Both the position numbers and the translations under genes were made by a program. A stretch of 63,966 bases of DNA, taken from assembly GCA_034780895.1 (NCBI GenBank), contig JAUZTB010000107.1, positions 56,238,984 to 56,302,949 on the forward strand, read 5' to 3'. The notes under the pieces were generated by a model. That model had not been told where the DNA came from. It searched no databases and worked only from the letters and a program-made list of their open reading frames with translations. How positions within the stretch are numbered: the stretch's first letter is position 1; the number at the start of each line of letters is the position of its first letter. This DNA is from Rhynchobatus australiae (lineage: Eukaryota). Shown piece by piece: positions 52,157 through 63,966 of the stretch.

Positions 52157-52810
52157 CAGACCCTGAAAAGTGTCGTAAAACAGAGAGACCTAGGCATACA
52201 GGTACATAGTTTCCTTAAAGTGGTGACAGGGTGATGAAGAAGGCATTGGGCATGCTTGCCGGCATTGGTCAGGGCATTGTGTACAAGAGCTGGGACATCA
52301 TATTCCAGCTGTACAAGATATTGGGGAGACTGCACTTGGAGTAATGCATGCAGTTCTGATTGCCTAGGTATAGGAAGGATGTAATTAAGCTGAAAGGATG
52401 CAGAAAAGATTCACAAGAATGTTGCTGGGTTTGGATGGCTTAATTTACAAGGAGAGACTGGATAGGCTGGAACTGTTTCCCCTGAAAGAAAGGAGGTTGA
52501 GGGGTGACCATTGCAGAAGTTTATAAAATCATGAGGGGCATAGGTAAGGTGGATGGTCACAGTCTTTCCCCAGGAATAGGGGAGTCTAAAACAAGAGTGT
52601 ATAAGGTGGGTATATGGAATGAGCTGCCACAGGAAGTGGTAGAGGCAGGTACAATTTCATTGTTTAAAGGACACTGAGACAGGTTACATGGATAAGAAAG
52701 GTTTAGATTGATATGGGCCAAACACAGACAAATAGGACTAGCTCGGGTAGGCATCTTTGTCTGCATGGATGAGTTGGGCTGAAGGGCCTGTTTCCACGCT
52801 GTGACTGTAG
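52157..52810 (+). mobile_element. CR1 3' fragment
   Basis: cagagagacctagg, ctgcacttggagtaatgcatgcagttctg (RPHLEYCVQFW-like), tail gggctgaagggcctgtttcc. Confidence 0.88.
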
Positions 52811-53660
52811 GAAACCCAGCTTCTGACCTTCTCTTGTAGTCACTGTACTTGTATAGCTGATTGTTATGTTCCTGATCTGTGGTAACCTCATGCTGATTAT
52901 GGGGAATGTGGCAATGGGAAAGCTATTGAATGTAAAGGAGAGCTGGTGCTCTTGCTGGAGATGGTCATTGCCCTAAATTTGTGTGAAGCAAATGGCATGT
53001 TACTTACCACTTCTCAGGTCCTGCCTGAATGTTGTCCAACTACTGCACATGGGGTGACAGCCTCATTTGTCATGGAGTTGTGAATGGAATTAAACATAAT
53101 GCATCCTAAGCAAATGTACTCTCTCCAAACCACGTAAGGGAGGGAANNNNNNNNNNNNNNNNNNNNNNNNNNNNNNNNNNNNNNNNNNNNNNNNNNNNNN
53201 NNNNNNNNNNNNNNNNNNNNNNNNNNNNNNNNNNNNNNNNNNNNNNNNNNNNNNNNNNNNNNNNNNNNNNNNNNNNNNNNNNNNNNNNNNNNNNNNNNNN
53301 NNNNNNNNNNNNNNNNNNNNNNNNNNNNNNNNNNNNNNNNNNNNNNNNNNNNNNNNNNNNNNNNNNNNNNNNNNNNNNNNNNNNNNNNNNNNNNNNNNNN
53401 NNNNNNNNNNNNNNNNNNNNNNNNNNNNNNNNNNNNNNNNNNNNNNNNNNNNNNNNNNNNNNNNNNNNNNNNNNNNNNNNNNNNNNNNNNNNNNNNNNNN
53501 NNNNNNNNNNNNNNNNNNNNNNNNNNNNNNNNNNNNNNNNNNNNNNNNNNNNNNNNNNNNNNNNNNNNNNNNNNNNNNNNNNNNNNNNNNNNNNNNNNNN
53601 NNNNNNNNNNNNNNNNNNNNNNNNNNNNNNNNNNNNNNNNNNNNNNNNNNNNNNNNNNNN

Positions 53661-54150
53661 TCAGGAGATTTGACAGCTTCAATTTATAATACAGATAAGA
53701 AGGTAGAGGGAGGAAAGTAATAGTGGACAGATTAAAAATACAGGAAGGACAATAGTGAAGGGGAAGGAGGCATGAGGGGTGGGGGGAGAGCTAAACAATG
53801 AATTGGGTCTAGGTGTAACTGGTTGCAGAATGTTTGAGGGAATATGGATCAGGTAATTAAACAATGTTAAATTAAGAACACTGAAATGTTCTCCAGAAAC
53901 ACGAGAAGCTGTTCCTTGAGTTTCACTAGAGCAATGTAGGCCACATCAGTGGAAGAAGAATTAACACAATATGCAAGCTGAAACTTGGGATCATGCTTGT
54001 GGACTGAATATAAATATTCAGTAAATATTCACCCATTAGTTCTCTCAGCTGAGACAATGGAATGCAGTAGACCATTGGAAGACATTTAAGTTGCTGTTTA
54101 CTTGAGTGTTTTGGGTCCTGGATTATGGAAAGTGAGGCAGAACACATTGG
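53661..54150 (-). mobile_element. Decayed Penelope-like GIY-YIG fragment
   Basis: ORF 53926-54207(-): IQDPKHSSKQQLKCLPMVYCI resembles the 6917 element; same purine-rich spacer. Confidence 0.55.
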
Positions 54151-56394
54151 CATAAGCAGCCCTGGATTGTGGAGGGGTTCCGTTCCTGGAAACTGTCTGT
54201 ACGCCAATTTCTCCGCAAGTCAGAAATGTCCATTTTCTATTGCTATCCATATGGTATTGCTCTTAACACACTTGCTATAATTCTTACATTTCACTGAATA
54301 TTCACCCTAATGCTACCCATAATTAAAATGATGGAATATATACTGTATCCACTCATTAATGAATACCACAAAATATTGTATTATTATCTTGAAAAATGTT
54401 TTATAAATGTATGAGAGAATTTGTGTAAAGTCAGATTTCTGTACCTCAGGTCACCTGCAACTGGGGAGCCTCTGTATTTTCAAAATGCTAGTTTTTGCTT
54501 CCCTGTTTGGCTCAACTTTTCTCCATTTTTACTTTAAACTAAAACTCAGTGCCTGCCAATGTGTTACAGTCCAAGTGACAGAAAACAATTACAGGAAGAA
54601 AGATTAAAAGATATGTCAGCAAGTGAGCAATGGTGTGAAATAAAAGAAATATTTCATAATTCTCAAAATACAACCCACTGTAAATCAAGACTCCATGAGC
54701 AAATCAATCGATCTACAGCCAATGAAATAAGTTACTGATAGTATCAGGCTGAAAGAAAAGGCCTGTAGAATTGTAATGAATAGTAAGTGTAAGGATTGGG
54801 AGCATTTTAGAAACCCATAAAGCAAGACTAAAATATTGATTAAAAATAAATACAAAAACAGTTCTACTTTGGAAAGATTCCAGCAGATTGGAATAGCTAT
54901 TCAAGAAAGGAGGTTGAGAAGTGATTTCAACGATATAATCATGAAGGGCCTCAGTAAAGTGAACGAAGAAAATCTTCATGGAGCAGCAGATTTAAACTGG
55001 ATGATTTTCAGAGATGGGGCTGATGTGACGAGAAACCTTGCCACCCTGTGAGTTGTCGTATTCAGAAATCACTGCCTGAACATGCAACGAAAGCAGATCC
55101 GATAGTTACTTTAAGGAGAATAACCTGCAGGGATTTACAAAAGAACTGGGAAATGGAAGTGATCAAATTACATTTCCAGAGTGTCTGTGCAAACTCTGGG
55201 CCAAATGGTTGAATCTTTTCAACTCTGTAATATCCTACAACCCTCCAAGATCTTTGCAATCATCCAATTCTGACTTCAGATTTTCTTTTCTCCCCACCAC
55301 TGGAGGCTGTGCCTCGAGCTGTGACTGCCAGTACACAAACTCCTCTAACAAAACATTATTTATTTAATTATACTTGATCTTTTTAGATTCTTGCCCTGAT
55401 TCTCACCATGCTTTAAGTGAGGCTCAGTCACTTGTTTTTAATCCCACTATTTTTGATCTGATATTCGGAGCCATTACCATCATTTTCACTCACATGAAGA
55501 TCAAGGCTCCTGTCATAAGACCACAAGGTATAGAGGCAGAATTAGGCCATTACATTCATCAAGTCTACTCCACCATTCAATCATGGCTGATTTTTTAAAC
55601 TCTATTGTCCCACCTTTTTCCGTGTAACCCTCAACCCCTTACCAATTCAGAACCTATCAATCTCTGCCTTAAATGACTTGACCTCCAGTCTTCTGTGACA
55701 ATGAATTGCACAGATTCACCACACTCTGGCTGAAGAAATTCCTCCTTATTCTCAGTTTTAAAGGAATGCCCCTTTATTCTGAGGCTTTGCCCTCATATTC
55801 TGGATGCTCATGCCCTCATGTCCTTTATGCTGCACTATGCCATCCCACTGATATGGCTGCTCTTTGCTTCTGAACTTGGCTTCATTCCTGTTGCTACTCA
55901 CCAACAACTACAATGTACATATTTTTATAAAAAAAAGTCACCAGACAGTGTCTAGCCAGTACCATTGCTAGTTTCACCCCTGAACAACACAGGTTCCTGA
56001 GGCTAGGATAACAGTGGGGACCAGGACTGAAACTGGTTTATAAGACTTCCTTCTTACAGGTCCACATTTTTCTTCCAGTGCTCTGGCTACTTAGGAGTGC
56101 CCAGACCATTCTTGTGATGGTGCAATGAGCCACACTTTGATTTGAATCCCCACTCTGCTGACACCTTCACCTCTTATGAGCATTTTGGTCCACATCTGGC
56201 CTCAGTTGAAATCTTCGTTCTCCATGGCCAACACTAATTTTTTTCTTAGTGAGGTAGCTTTAATGCTTTCCTCCCTCAGACTGTGGTTCTGAATCTCAAT
56301 GATTGGAGGCACTGTCTTAATTCAAAATCCTGGTGGGACAGTTTACACTGGAACTGGGAATGGTAGCTGTGCCCTCACAATAAGGGTAAGTGGG

Positions 56395-56958
56395 GAGATT
56401 GGAATTGGAATATTATTGTCATGTATACCAAGATGCAGTGAAAAACTTTGTTTTGCAGATCATTCATACAGATCATTTCAAAACATAAGTACATCAAGGT
56501 ACTATGAGGGAAAAGTAATAACAATGCAGAATATAGTGTTACAGTTACAGAGAAAGTGCAGTGCAGGCAGACAGTAAGGTGCAAGGGCCATGTCAAGGTA
56601 GATTGTGTGGTCAAGAGTACATATTTAATGCACAAGATGTCCGTTCAATGGATAACATCAGATAGAAGCTGTCCTTGACCTGGTGGTGTGCATTTTCAAG
56701 CTTTTGTGTCTTCTGCCCGACGGAAGGGGCAAGAAGAGAGAATGTCTGGGGTGGGAGGGGTCCTAGATTATGCTGGCTGCTTTTCCAAGACAGCGGGAAG
56801 TGTAGACAGAGTCTATGGTTGGGAGGCTGGTTTTCATGATGGACTGAGGTTTGTCCACAACTCTCTGCAGTTTCTTGTGGTCTCGGGCAGAGCAGTTGCC
56901 ACGTCAAGCTGTGATGCATCTGGATAAGGTGCTTTCTTTGGTACATCAATAAAAATTG
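56395..56958 (-). mobile_element. Rex1/Babar LINE 3' fragment
   Basis: attggaattggaatattattgtc tail; ctctctgcagtttcttgtggtc...gcagttgcc...gctgtgatgcatctggataagg. Confidence 0.8.
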
Positions 56959-56979
56959 GAGATAGTAAAGATTTTGCAT

Positions 56980-59900
56980 TTGCAAGGGAAGGAACGAATC
57001 TGCAAGAAAGGCAAGCAGCTTAAATATGAACAAAAAAATAGGGAACCCAGGTATAAAGTGAGGGCATTGACAGCAAGGGTTATAGACCAGGAATCCAGAT
57101 GGTTAACTATAAAGTGAGAGGAAATCCTTTTTAAAAATGACTTTAAGTCTCAGTAGAGAAGTGAATACTGTCTATAATAAAACAGAGGATTAGAAATAAC
57201 TGGGTATAGTAGGAATTACTTAGAGAGAAGGTATCAAACTGGGAATTAAACTTTGCAGGGTATAAAATATTTCGAATAGATGGAGAGGAATAAAGGGGGA
57301 AGTGGGGTTGCACTATGTATAAAATAATGGCAATAGAAAGCAAAATGGAGCTATATGAAGATAAAAATGGAACCACTTAGAAATAAAAGGATTGATCATA
57401 CTAATGGTGGAAGGAAGGTGGAGGAAAATATATGCAGACAAACTAGGGAAATGAGTAGAGAAAAAACAATAAAGTCATGGGAGATTTCAATTACCCTGAT
57501 ATTAATTGGACAGAAGAGGTCAGCAGAGAAGGGAATGTCAACCTATAATGTATACAACACTCCTTTCTAGCCTAATATGTAAAACCCAAATAAAGGATGA
57601 TTCATTGTTGGATCTAGCAATGAGTAGCAGATAAGTAGGGGAACAATTGGGCAATAGTGACCATGATGTGCCTTATGATAATTGAGGCCTAAGTATGACA
57701 AAAAAAACTCATTAACAGATTGGAGAGATTTTATGTGTCTGAGCGTGGCATTTGGGTAGATAAGATGAACAATATTGGCAAAAAATGTAGAATAATAATG
57801 GGAAACTTTTAAAATGGGGCTCTGAGTGCAGGAAATATATATTCCGCAAAAGGGAATGAACAAACTAGATACTCATGGATGAATAAGGACATAAGGGAAC
57901 GATTGAGACTGAGAGAGACATACATTATGTACACAGCAGAGGAATACACAATAAGCAAGAACATGAAACGATTCAAACATGTGAAAAACTAATTAGGAAT
58001 TGTGTAATTAAATTATCAAGGAGCATTAAAAATATTTTACAGACATATGAATAGAAAAATAAGTTGATTGGTGTGGAAGCAACCAATAGAGGAGACAGGA
58101 TATTATCACAGGAAATGATNNNNNNNNNNCAGAGATAGAATAGGTGGACATGACATTGGATGAGGTGAGTAATCTGATAAATGCATTTAAAATAGAAGGG
58201 AATAAATTACATAAACAAATCAAACTGAAGGAGATGAAACCACTGGTTCTGATGCATTAAATTCATGTATCTAAGTCCTAATGGATTACATTCATTTTTA
58301 AAAAAAGATTCTAGGGAAGAGATACAAGGCGCCTTGCTTCACTTCACCTACTTAATTCATTAGAAGGGTGTAGTCCAGAGGATGAGTGGATAAACAATGT
58401 AAAAACTACATTTAAGAAGGGAGACAGAATATAACCAGGGAATTATAGATGTGTCAGCTTATTATCAGTGGTATGAAAGATAATGGAATTCCTACTAGAG
58501 AGATTTGAACAAATGGCAATGATGTGAATAAGCAGTAAAAGAAAATTCCTGCTTGACCAGTCTTATTAAATTTTTAAAGAGGTAACTGGCAGTATAGATG
58601 ATGCTAATACAATAGACATAATTTATCAAAAGGGGCTTCAATTGGGTACTCCATAAGAAAGCAACAAATAAAGTCAGAAGAAGTGGAGTAAGGCGACAAG
58701 TAGCAGAATAGATTGCAAGCTGCCTTCTGGAGAGAAAGAAGAAAGTTGGGGTAAAGGATAACTATACTCCAACCATTCATTTTAAGATCTGCCCGGACCA
58801 CTCAAAGCACTCAGGCCTTGCATTCATCTGCCAAAACTCCTCACTAAACCAGGTTCATCCTGGTATGCAGTAGAACAAGAGTCAGTAATGGGTTTACAGT
58901 GTTAGTACTTTAATAATTTAGACTCTGGAAACAGAAACATGGTGTCTAAATTCACTGATGATCTCAACACACTTGCAAGAATGGGCAAGTAGCTGGCAGA
59001 TGAAGTTTAATGTGGATAAATGCAAGTTAGAACACTTTGTAGGAAGGTTACTTGTTAATTAGAAGGTGCAAGTCTGTTAATAATGCCAGAAATGGTATTG
59101 GTTTATTATTGTCACTTGTACTGAGGTACAGTGAAAAACTTGTCTTGCATACTGTTCATACAGATCAATNNNNNNNNNNNNNNNNNNNNNNNNNNNNNNN
59201 NNNNNNNNNNNNNNNNNNNNNNNNNNNNNNNNNNNNNNNNNNNNNNNNNNNNNNNNNNNNNNNNNNNNNNNNNNNNNNNNNNNNNNNNNNNNNNNNNNNN
59301 NNNNNNNNNNNNNNNNNNNNNNNNNNNNNNNNNNNNNNNNNNNNNNNNNNNNNNNNNNNNNNNNNNNNNNNNNNNNNNNNNNNNNNNNNNNNNNNNNNNN
59401 NNNNNNNNNNNNNNNNNNNNNNNNNNNNNNNNNNNNNNNNNNNNNNNNNNNNNNNNNNNNNNNNNNNNNNNNNNNNNNNNNNNNNNNNNNNNNNNNNNNN
59501 NNNNNNNNNNNNNNNNNNNNNNNNNNNNNNNNNNNNNNNNNNNNNNNNNNNNNNNNNNNNNNNNNNNNNNNNNNNNNNNNNNNNNNNNNNNNNNNNNNNN
59601 NNNNNNNNNNCCAGATACGATGCTTTCTATGGTGAGTCGATAAAAGTTGGTGAGTGTCAAAGGGGACACGCCAAATTTCTTTAGCCTCCTGAGAAAGTAG
59701 AGGTGCTGGTGAGCTTTCTTGGCCATGGCATCTATGTGTCTGGACCAGGACAGACTATTGGTGATGCTCACTCCTTGGAACTTGAAGCTCTCAGCCCTCT
59801 TGACCTCAGCACCATTGATGTAGACAGGTGCATGTACACCACCCCCTTTCCTAAAGTCTATGAGCAGCTCTTTTGTTTTGCTTACATTGAGGGAAAGGTT

Positions 59901-60365
59901 GTTGTCATGACACCATTCCACCAAGCTCTCTATCTCTTTCCTGTACTCCGACTCATCATTATTTGAGATACGGCCTACTATGGTGGTATCATCTGCAAGC
60001 TTGTGAGTAAAGGTGCCTGATGGGTAACTTCAAGAGAAATCTTTAAAATAATGAAGGGCTTTGCAAGAGCTGATAAAGAGACAATGCTTACACTAATGAA
60101 GAAGAGCATAACCAGAGGACAACAGTGTAAGACAGTTGGCAAGAAATCCAATAGGGAATTCAGAACAAATTCATTATCCAAATGGTACTAAGGATGTGGA
60201 ACCAGCTCCCTTGGAATGGTTAAATAGCATAGATTAAGAGGAGGTTGGACAAGCATGTGTGGGAGAAAAGATACAAGGCTTATGTTGTTAGATTTAGACT
60301 AGAAAAGACAGGAGGCAAATCGAGTGGAGAATGAACACTGGGCTAACCAGCCTGCTTTTACACCA
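56980..60365 (+). mobile_element. Long decayed CR1 LINE (EN through RT to the 3' end), split by a Rex1 insertion
   Basis: gtcatgggagatttcaattaccc (MGDFNYP), ccagggaattatagatgtgtcagctta (PGNYRPVSL), tctaaattcactgatgat (SKFADD), tggcagatgaagtttaatgtggataaatgc (WQMKFNVDKC). Confidence 0.85.
59090..60000 (-). mobile_element. Rex1/Babar LINE RT 3' fragment nested in CR1
   Basis: ORF 59112-59924(-): WCHDNNLSLNVSKTKELLIDFRK...KKAHQHLYFLRRLKKFGVSPLTLTNFYR. Confidence 0.92.
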
Positions 60366-62400
60366 TATCGTACGTCACACTCTCCAATTCAAACCCCTCC
60401 ATATAAACTCCCCAGTCTGTATTCACAATGAAACCCTTGATATTTCAATTTCACACACCCTCTTCTTCCAGAAAAGACTGATTCTGACCACTTCCTTGTA
60501 TTTCACTTCACTCTCGTACCTCTTCCCAACCTGACTTCCTTCTATCACCCTCTCCAATAAAAATCCTTCATCATTGCACTACTACACTTTGAAAACTCAG
60601 CCTTGATTCATCACATCATCGGTGCTGCTACAAACCTCCGAAACCACAACTTCACCCTCACCTCCAGCTTTAATGAACTAGTCTCCAATAAAACCATTTC
60701 CTCCTCTTACCCCTACCTGACGTCAGTCCCTTTGGCATAGCTTTTCTCTCCACTACCTTAACTCCAAAGGTTGCAGATGTGAAGAGAATGGATGGACAAT
60801 TGATTCAGCCATGCATTGTCATCTGTCTGGACCACTTAAAGCACTATCAGGCCCATCATTCATCTGCCCAAACTCCTCACTTAAGGGAGATTCACCCTGG
60901 TCCCCTGCTACCTTTCTTTTTCCCTAGACTTGAACAAAATATTCTTAATTTATACAGAAGGTCATGAGATTATCTGATTAGCTTTCCTTCCTTTCCTAAC
61001 CCATTTTGCTAAACTTCCTCCAGGTTTCTCACCATTTCCCCTGATCTAGAATTTTTAGTTTTTCTCCTGTCTCCCTCACGTTCTTCCCAAGGTCACCTTT
61101 TCCATAAAGCCCAATTCTGCTCTCTAAAACCTATTCCCATTAAATTGCTGACCATCCAACATCCCTTCCAGTCTAATTAGTAGCTCTCCCCTCCCATGCA
61201 GAGTCACATGGCACAGAAACAGACCCTTCAGTCTGAGTCCACAATGACCATCAAACACCCAGCTCCACTAATCCCACTCCACCATACAAGTGCTCTCACC
61301 CTTTACTTAATTTCTGTCATCATTGCTCCAACCCCTCAAAAATCCAACACTTAAACCTTTCAGTTTCATAAACCATAGTTCCATCTCCAAAGGCCTTGAG
61401 CATGCTGCCACTTTCCAAATCCACACACGTTTCCCAGAGCATGTGTGAACCTCCAATTTGATTTATACCCTTGCCAAAGTACCAAAACAACTCAGCAACC
61501 AACACTCTTTGAAACCAACAGAGATAAACTATTTTCCTCAGCTATCTTGAGCTGCCAGCAGGCTTTGACATAGCTAACCAAACTATCCTCCTCCAAACCT
61601 TCTTCACTGCTGTCCAGTTGGATGGAACGGCACTTGCCTAATTTAATTATCCTGCCATGGCCAGAGAATGAATTGCAAGGACTCCCCACCCCTCCTGCAC
61701 CATCACTGCTGCTGTCCCCTAAGGTGTGATACTAGTCAACCCCCTGACCTCAACTATGTATTGAGCTTCAACAACATCATCCAAAAGCATGGCAATTGCC
61801 AGGTGGAAATGAGGTCAACCCATCACTTTTGTCTACAATGTCACATTGATGATGGACATACAGCACTTGATGACTAGCATTTTTCTCTGATTAAATAGTG
61901 AAAACTGAAGCCACAGGCATTCATCCCTGCCACAAATCCACCCTCTAATCAAGCCCATCTCTTCCCTTGCAAACTACGTGAAACTGAAGAACACTCTTGG
62001 CCAACTTTCATTTCTCCCACCTTCCATAAACTTGCATCCCAAACTTTGTTACCCATTTTCTACTGTACAATGTCGTGTCCAACAATCTACATGTAAAGAT
62101 TCCCGCTTAAGTGACAACAGGTTTTTAAAATTTTGATCTTTGACTTCTATTCCCTTACACTATTCCACTATCCCTCCAACCTGATGTCCACTTAGCTAAC
62201 AGCAATCTTGTGTATTCCCAAAATTAACTGGCAGTTATGATTTCAACTGTCTCGGGCCTAAGCTTTGGAATTCTTTCCCTAATCTCCCCACCTTCTTTAA
62301 AGCATTCCTTAAAATCTATGTCTTTAACCAAGTTTTTGATTACCTGTTTCCTTAAATTGCTCATAGTCAAATTGCATTTATTATTACAAGCAGAGAAATG
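60365..62400 (+). mobile_element. Highly decayed L2 LINE
   Basis: C/T-rich plus strand; aaactgaagcca (KTEA), aaacttgcatcc, and the 3' end gggcctaagctttggaattctttccctaa...ttaaaatctatgtctttaaccaag. Confidence 0.6.
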
Positions 62401-62762
62401 GGGAACTCTGCTCACCAACCCTATGTTTGGTCTCTGCAGGTACAAATTCAGTCGCCCTTCCTCTTTCTCCGTGGTCTCACAGTTTCTCTCTCTCTCAGAC
62501 TGTGATGATGTTGGCTAACATTGCTGTCAGACACCATGGGCCACCTCACTGTAACGAAGACAACACGTGGATGTTGGTATCTAGCAGGCAGGCACGGCCG
62601 GACCCCAACAGTTATCGACTGAATTATCCAAAAGCCAGCTTAGAGAGAGAAACGACTGGGCAGCAGTGTGGTTACCCCGGCACACCAGACCATCTCAGTA
62701 CTGTTCAAGTTACTGATGTTCCCAACCCGAAATAAAGGTTTCTTAATGAGTTCCGACATTAG

Positions 62763-62958
62763 TCTCCCCAGGCCCTCCGGTCTCCGAGGTCACGGTGGCC
62801 GCCGGGATACCGGCGCCTCCCGAGGTCCTCCGAGCTCGGAAATCACGGATGGCCGCCGGGATACCGGCGCCTCCCCAGGTCCTCCAAACTCGGAAATCAC
62901 CGGTGGCCGCCGGGATACCAGCGCCTCCCCAGGTCCTCCAAGCTCGGAAATCACGGCG
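62763..62958. repeat. GC-rich 54-bp tandem repeat (3 full units plus a partial one)
   Basis: ggccgccgggatacc[ga]gcgcctccc...ggtcctcc...ctcggaaatcac; units start at 62797, 62851 and 62905. Confidence 0.92.
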
Positions 62959-63189
62959 AACAACCTACCGGTTCCAGCGTGTCTTGATGCGTGCCGACGC
63001 ATGATGTCAGCGCGCCCCGATGCACGCTGGGATACCGGAGGCTATCTCGGTCCTCCAACCCCTCCAGTCTCTCCGCTGGGTTTAAGTGGCCGGTGCTCCA
63101 CCGCCTCTCTCCTCTCCGTCGCTGCCGGTTGCCTGCAGCCGTTTGCTTGGGCGGGGTTTCGGGTCAGATTGCTGCCGTGACATGGCTAC

Positions 63190-63295
63190 ATGATCGGGGG
63201 AATGTGTACCAGGGAAGAGGCCGGCCTCCTCCTGCTGCTGCTGCTGCCCTTGTCTGAGGCTGAGGGAGCGCCCCGAGCACTCGCCACTTTACAAG
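63190..63295 (+). CDS. Candidate first coding exon encoding a signal peptide (MIGGMCTREEAGLLLLLLLPLSEAEGAPRALATLQ)
   Basis: Inside the CpG island; poly-Leu hydrophobic core; small-residue cleavage region; AAG|gtttga phase-1 donor. Confidence 0.35.
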
Positions 63296-63966
63296 GTTTG
63301 ACGTTTACTACTTGCTCACTGGTACCGTGTGTGTCCCAGCCGCAGCAGGGGCGGTGTGCTTCCTTTCTGACCCCTGTGTGGGGGGGGGGGGGGCCGCGGG
63401 AAGATGCTGGCTCGGGGATGGGCAGCAGATTATACCTACATCAGCCCTGGCCGGTACCCTTGGCCCCGGCTCCACCGTGCCCATGCATTGCAACAAAAGA
63501 AGAGCCTATCCCCGGAGGGCTCCTCATTGCGGCGCTCTCCTGACACCCCAGCCAGTCGGAGTCAGCCCTGGCAACAAATCAGGGGAACCCTGGCGTCCCG
63601 CACTCCTCCCAGAACCAACACACGCCCCGCAAAACGTGCAACCTCTACCCACGATCCTGCACGTTCATAACCCAATTCTCAGACTTTATTCTTAAATGCT
63701 TTCTTTCAAATTATTCAATCCATCCTCACTATATTGGTGGAATTCTAATACAACGCCATAGCCTGTAGTTGCAAAATAGTCTGAACAATTAAAACAAAAA
63801 AACCTCGACGTTAAGCAGCAGAAATGGTTTGTCTCCTTCACCCCCTTTCACAGTTCTGACGAAAGGTCTTTGACCTGAACCGTTGACTGTTTCTCCCTCC
63901 ACAGATGCTGCCTGCCCTGCTGAGCGTAACCAGCGTTTTCTGTTTTTGTTTCACGTTTCCAGCATC

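Larger units (their letters stand above)
62760..63665. promoter_or_regulatory. CpG island, probable promoter or first exon of the next gene
   Basis: Only CpG-dense, GC-rich stretch in an otherwise CpG-depleted window; GC box gggcgggg at 63149-63156. Confidence 0.7.

Noticed and set aside
62797-62958. Regularly spaced repeats as a CRISPR array
   Set aside because: The units are contiguous with no unique spacers, the context is eukaryotic, and there are no cas genes.
62668-63180. 170-aa ORF with 18-aa repeats (GRRDTGASPGPPSSEIT)
   Set aside because: Openness is explained by a GC-rich 54-bp tandem repeat that is open in several frames on both strands; non-ATG start and no recognisable domain.
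63308-63496. Minus-strand first exon ending at CCA|gtgagc
   Set aside because: The peptide is featureless and I could not link it to any intact downstream minus-strand exon; not excluded as a non-coding exon.

Overview
This is vertebrate genomic DNA from a gapped draft assembly. The repeat content (V-SINE/HE1-like, Deu-SINE, CR1, Rex1/Babar, Penelope-like elements) points to a cartilaginous fish, most likely a batoid (inference). Positions 261-39187 (+) hold the last 14 recognisable coding exons of SAP130 (Sin3A-associated protein 130), followed by a 3' UTR to about 40.5 kb. All phases chain correctly, and two exons are partly hidden by undersized N-gaps. Introns and the downstream 22 kb are mostly decayed transposons. 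The most notable oddities are: (i) a near-perfect 140-bp local duplication of the penultimate exon's splice acceptor plus 10 codons, followed at once by a stop; (ii) a minus-strand leucine-rich-repeat remnant at about 49 kb, with possible companion fragments at 47-48 kb; and (iii) a CpG island at 62.8-63.7 kb with a 54-bp minisatellite and a candidate signal-peptide first exon. I saw no tRNA, rRNA or CRISPR loci. Comparisons to human proteins and repeat consensus sequences are from recall, not database searches.
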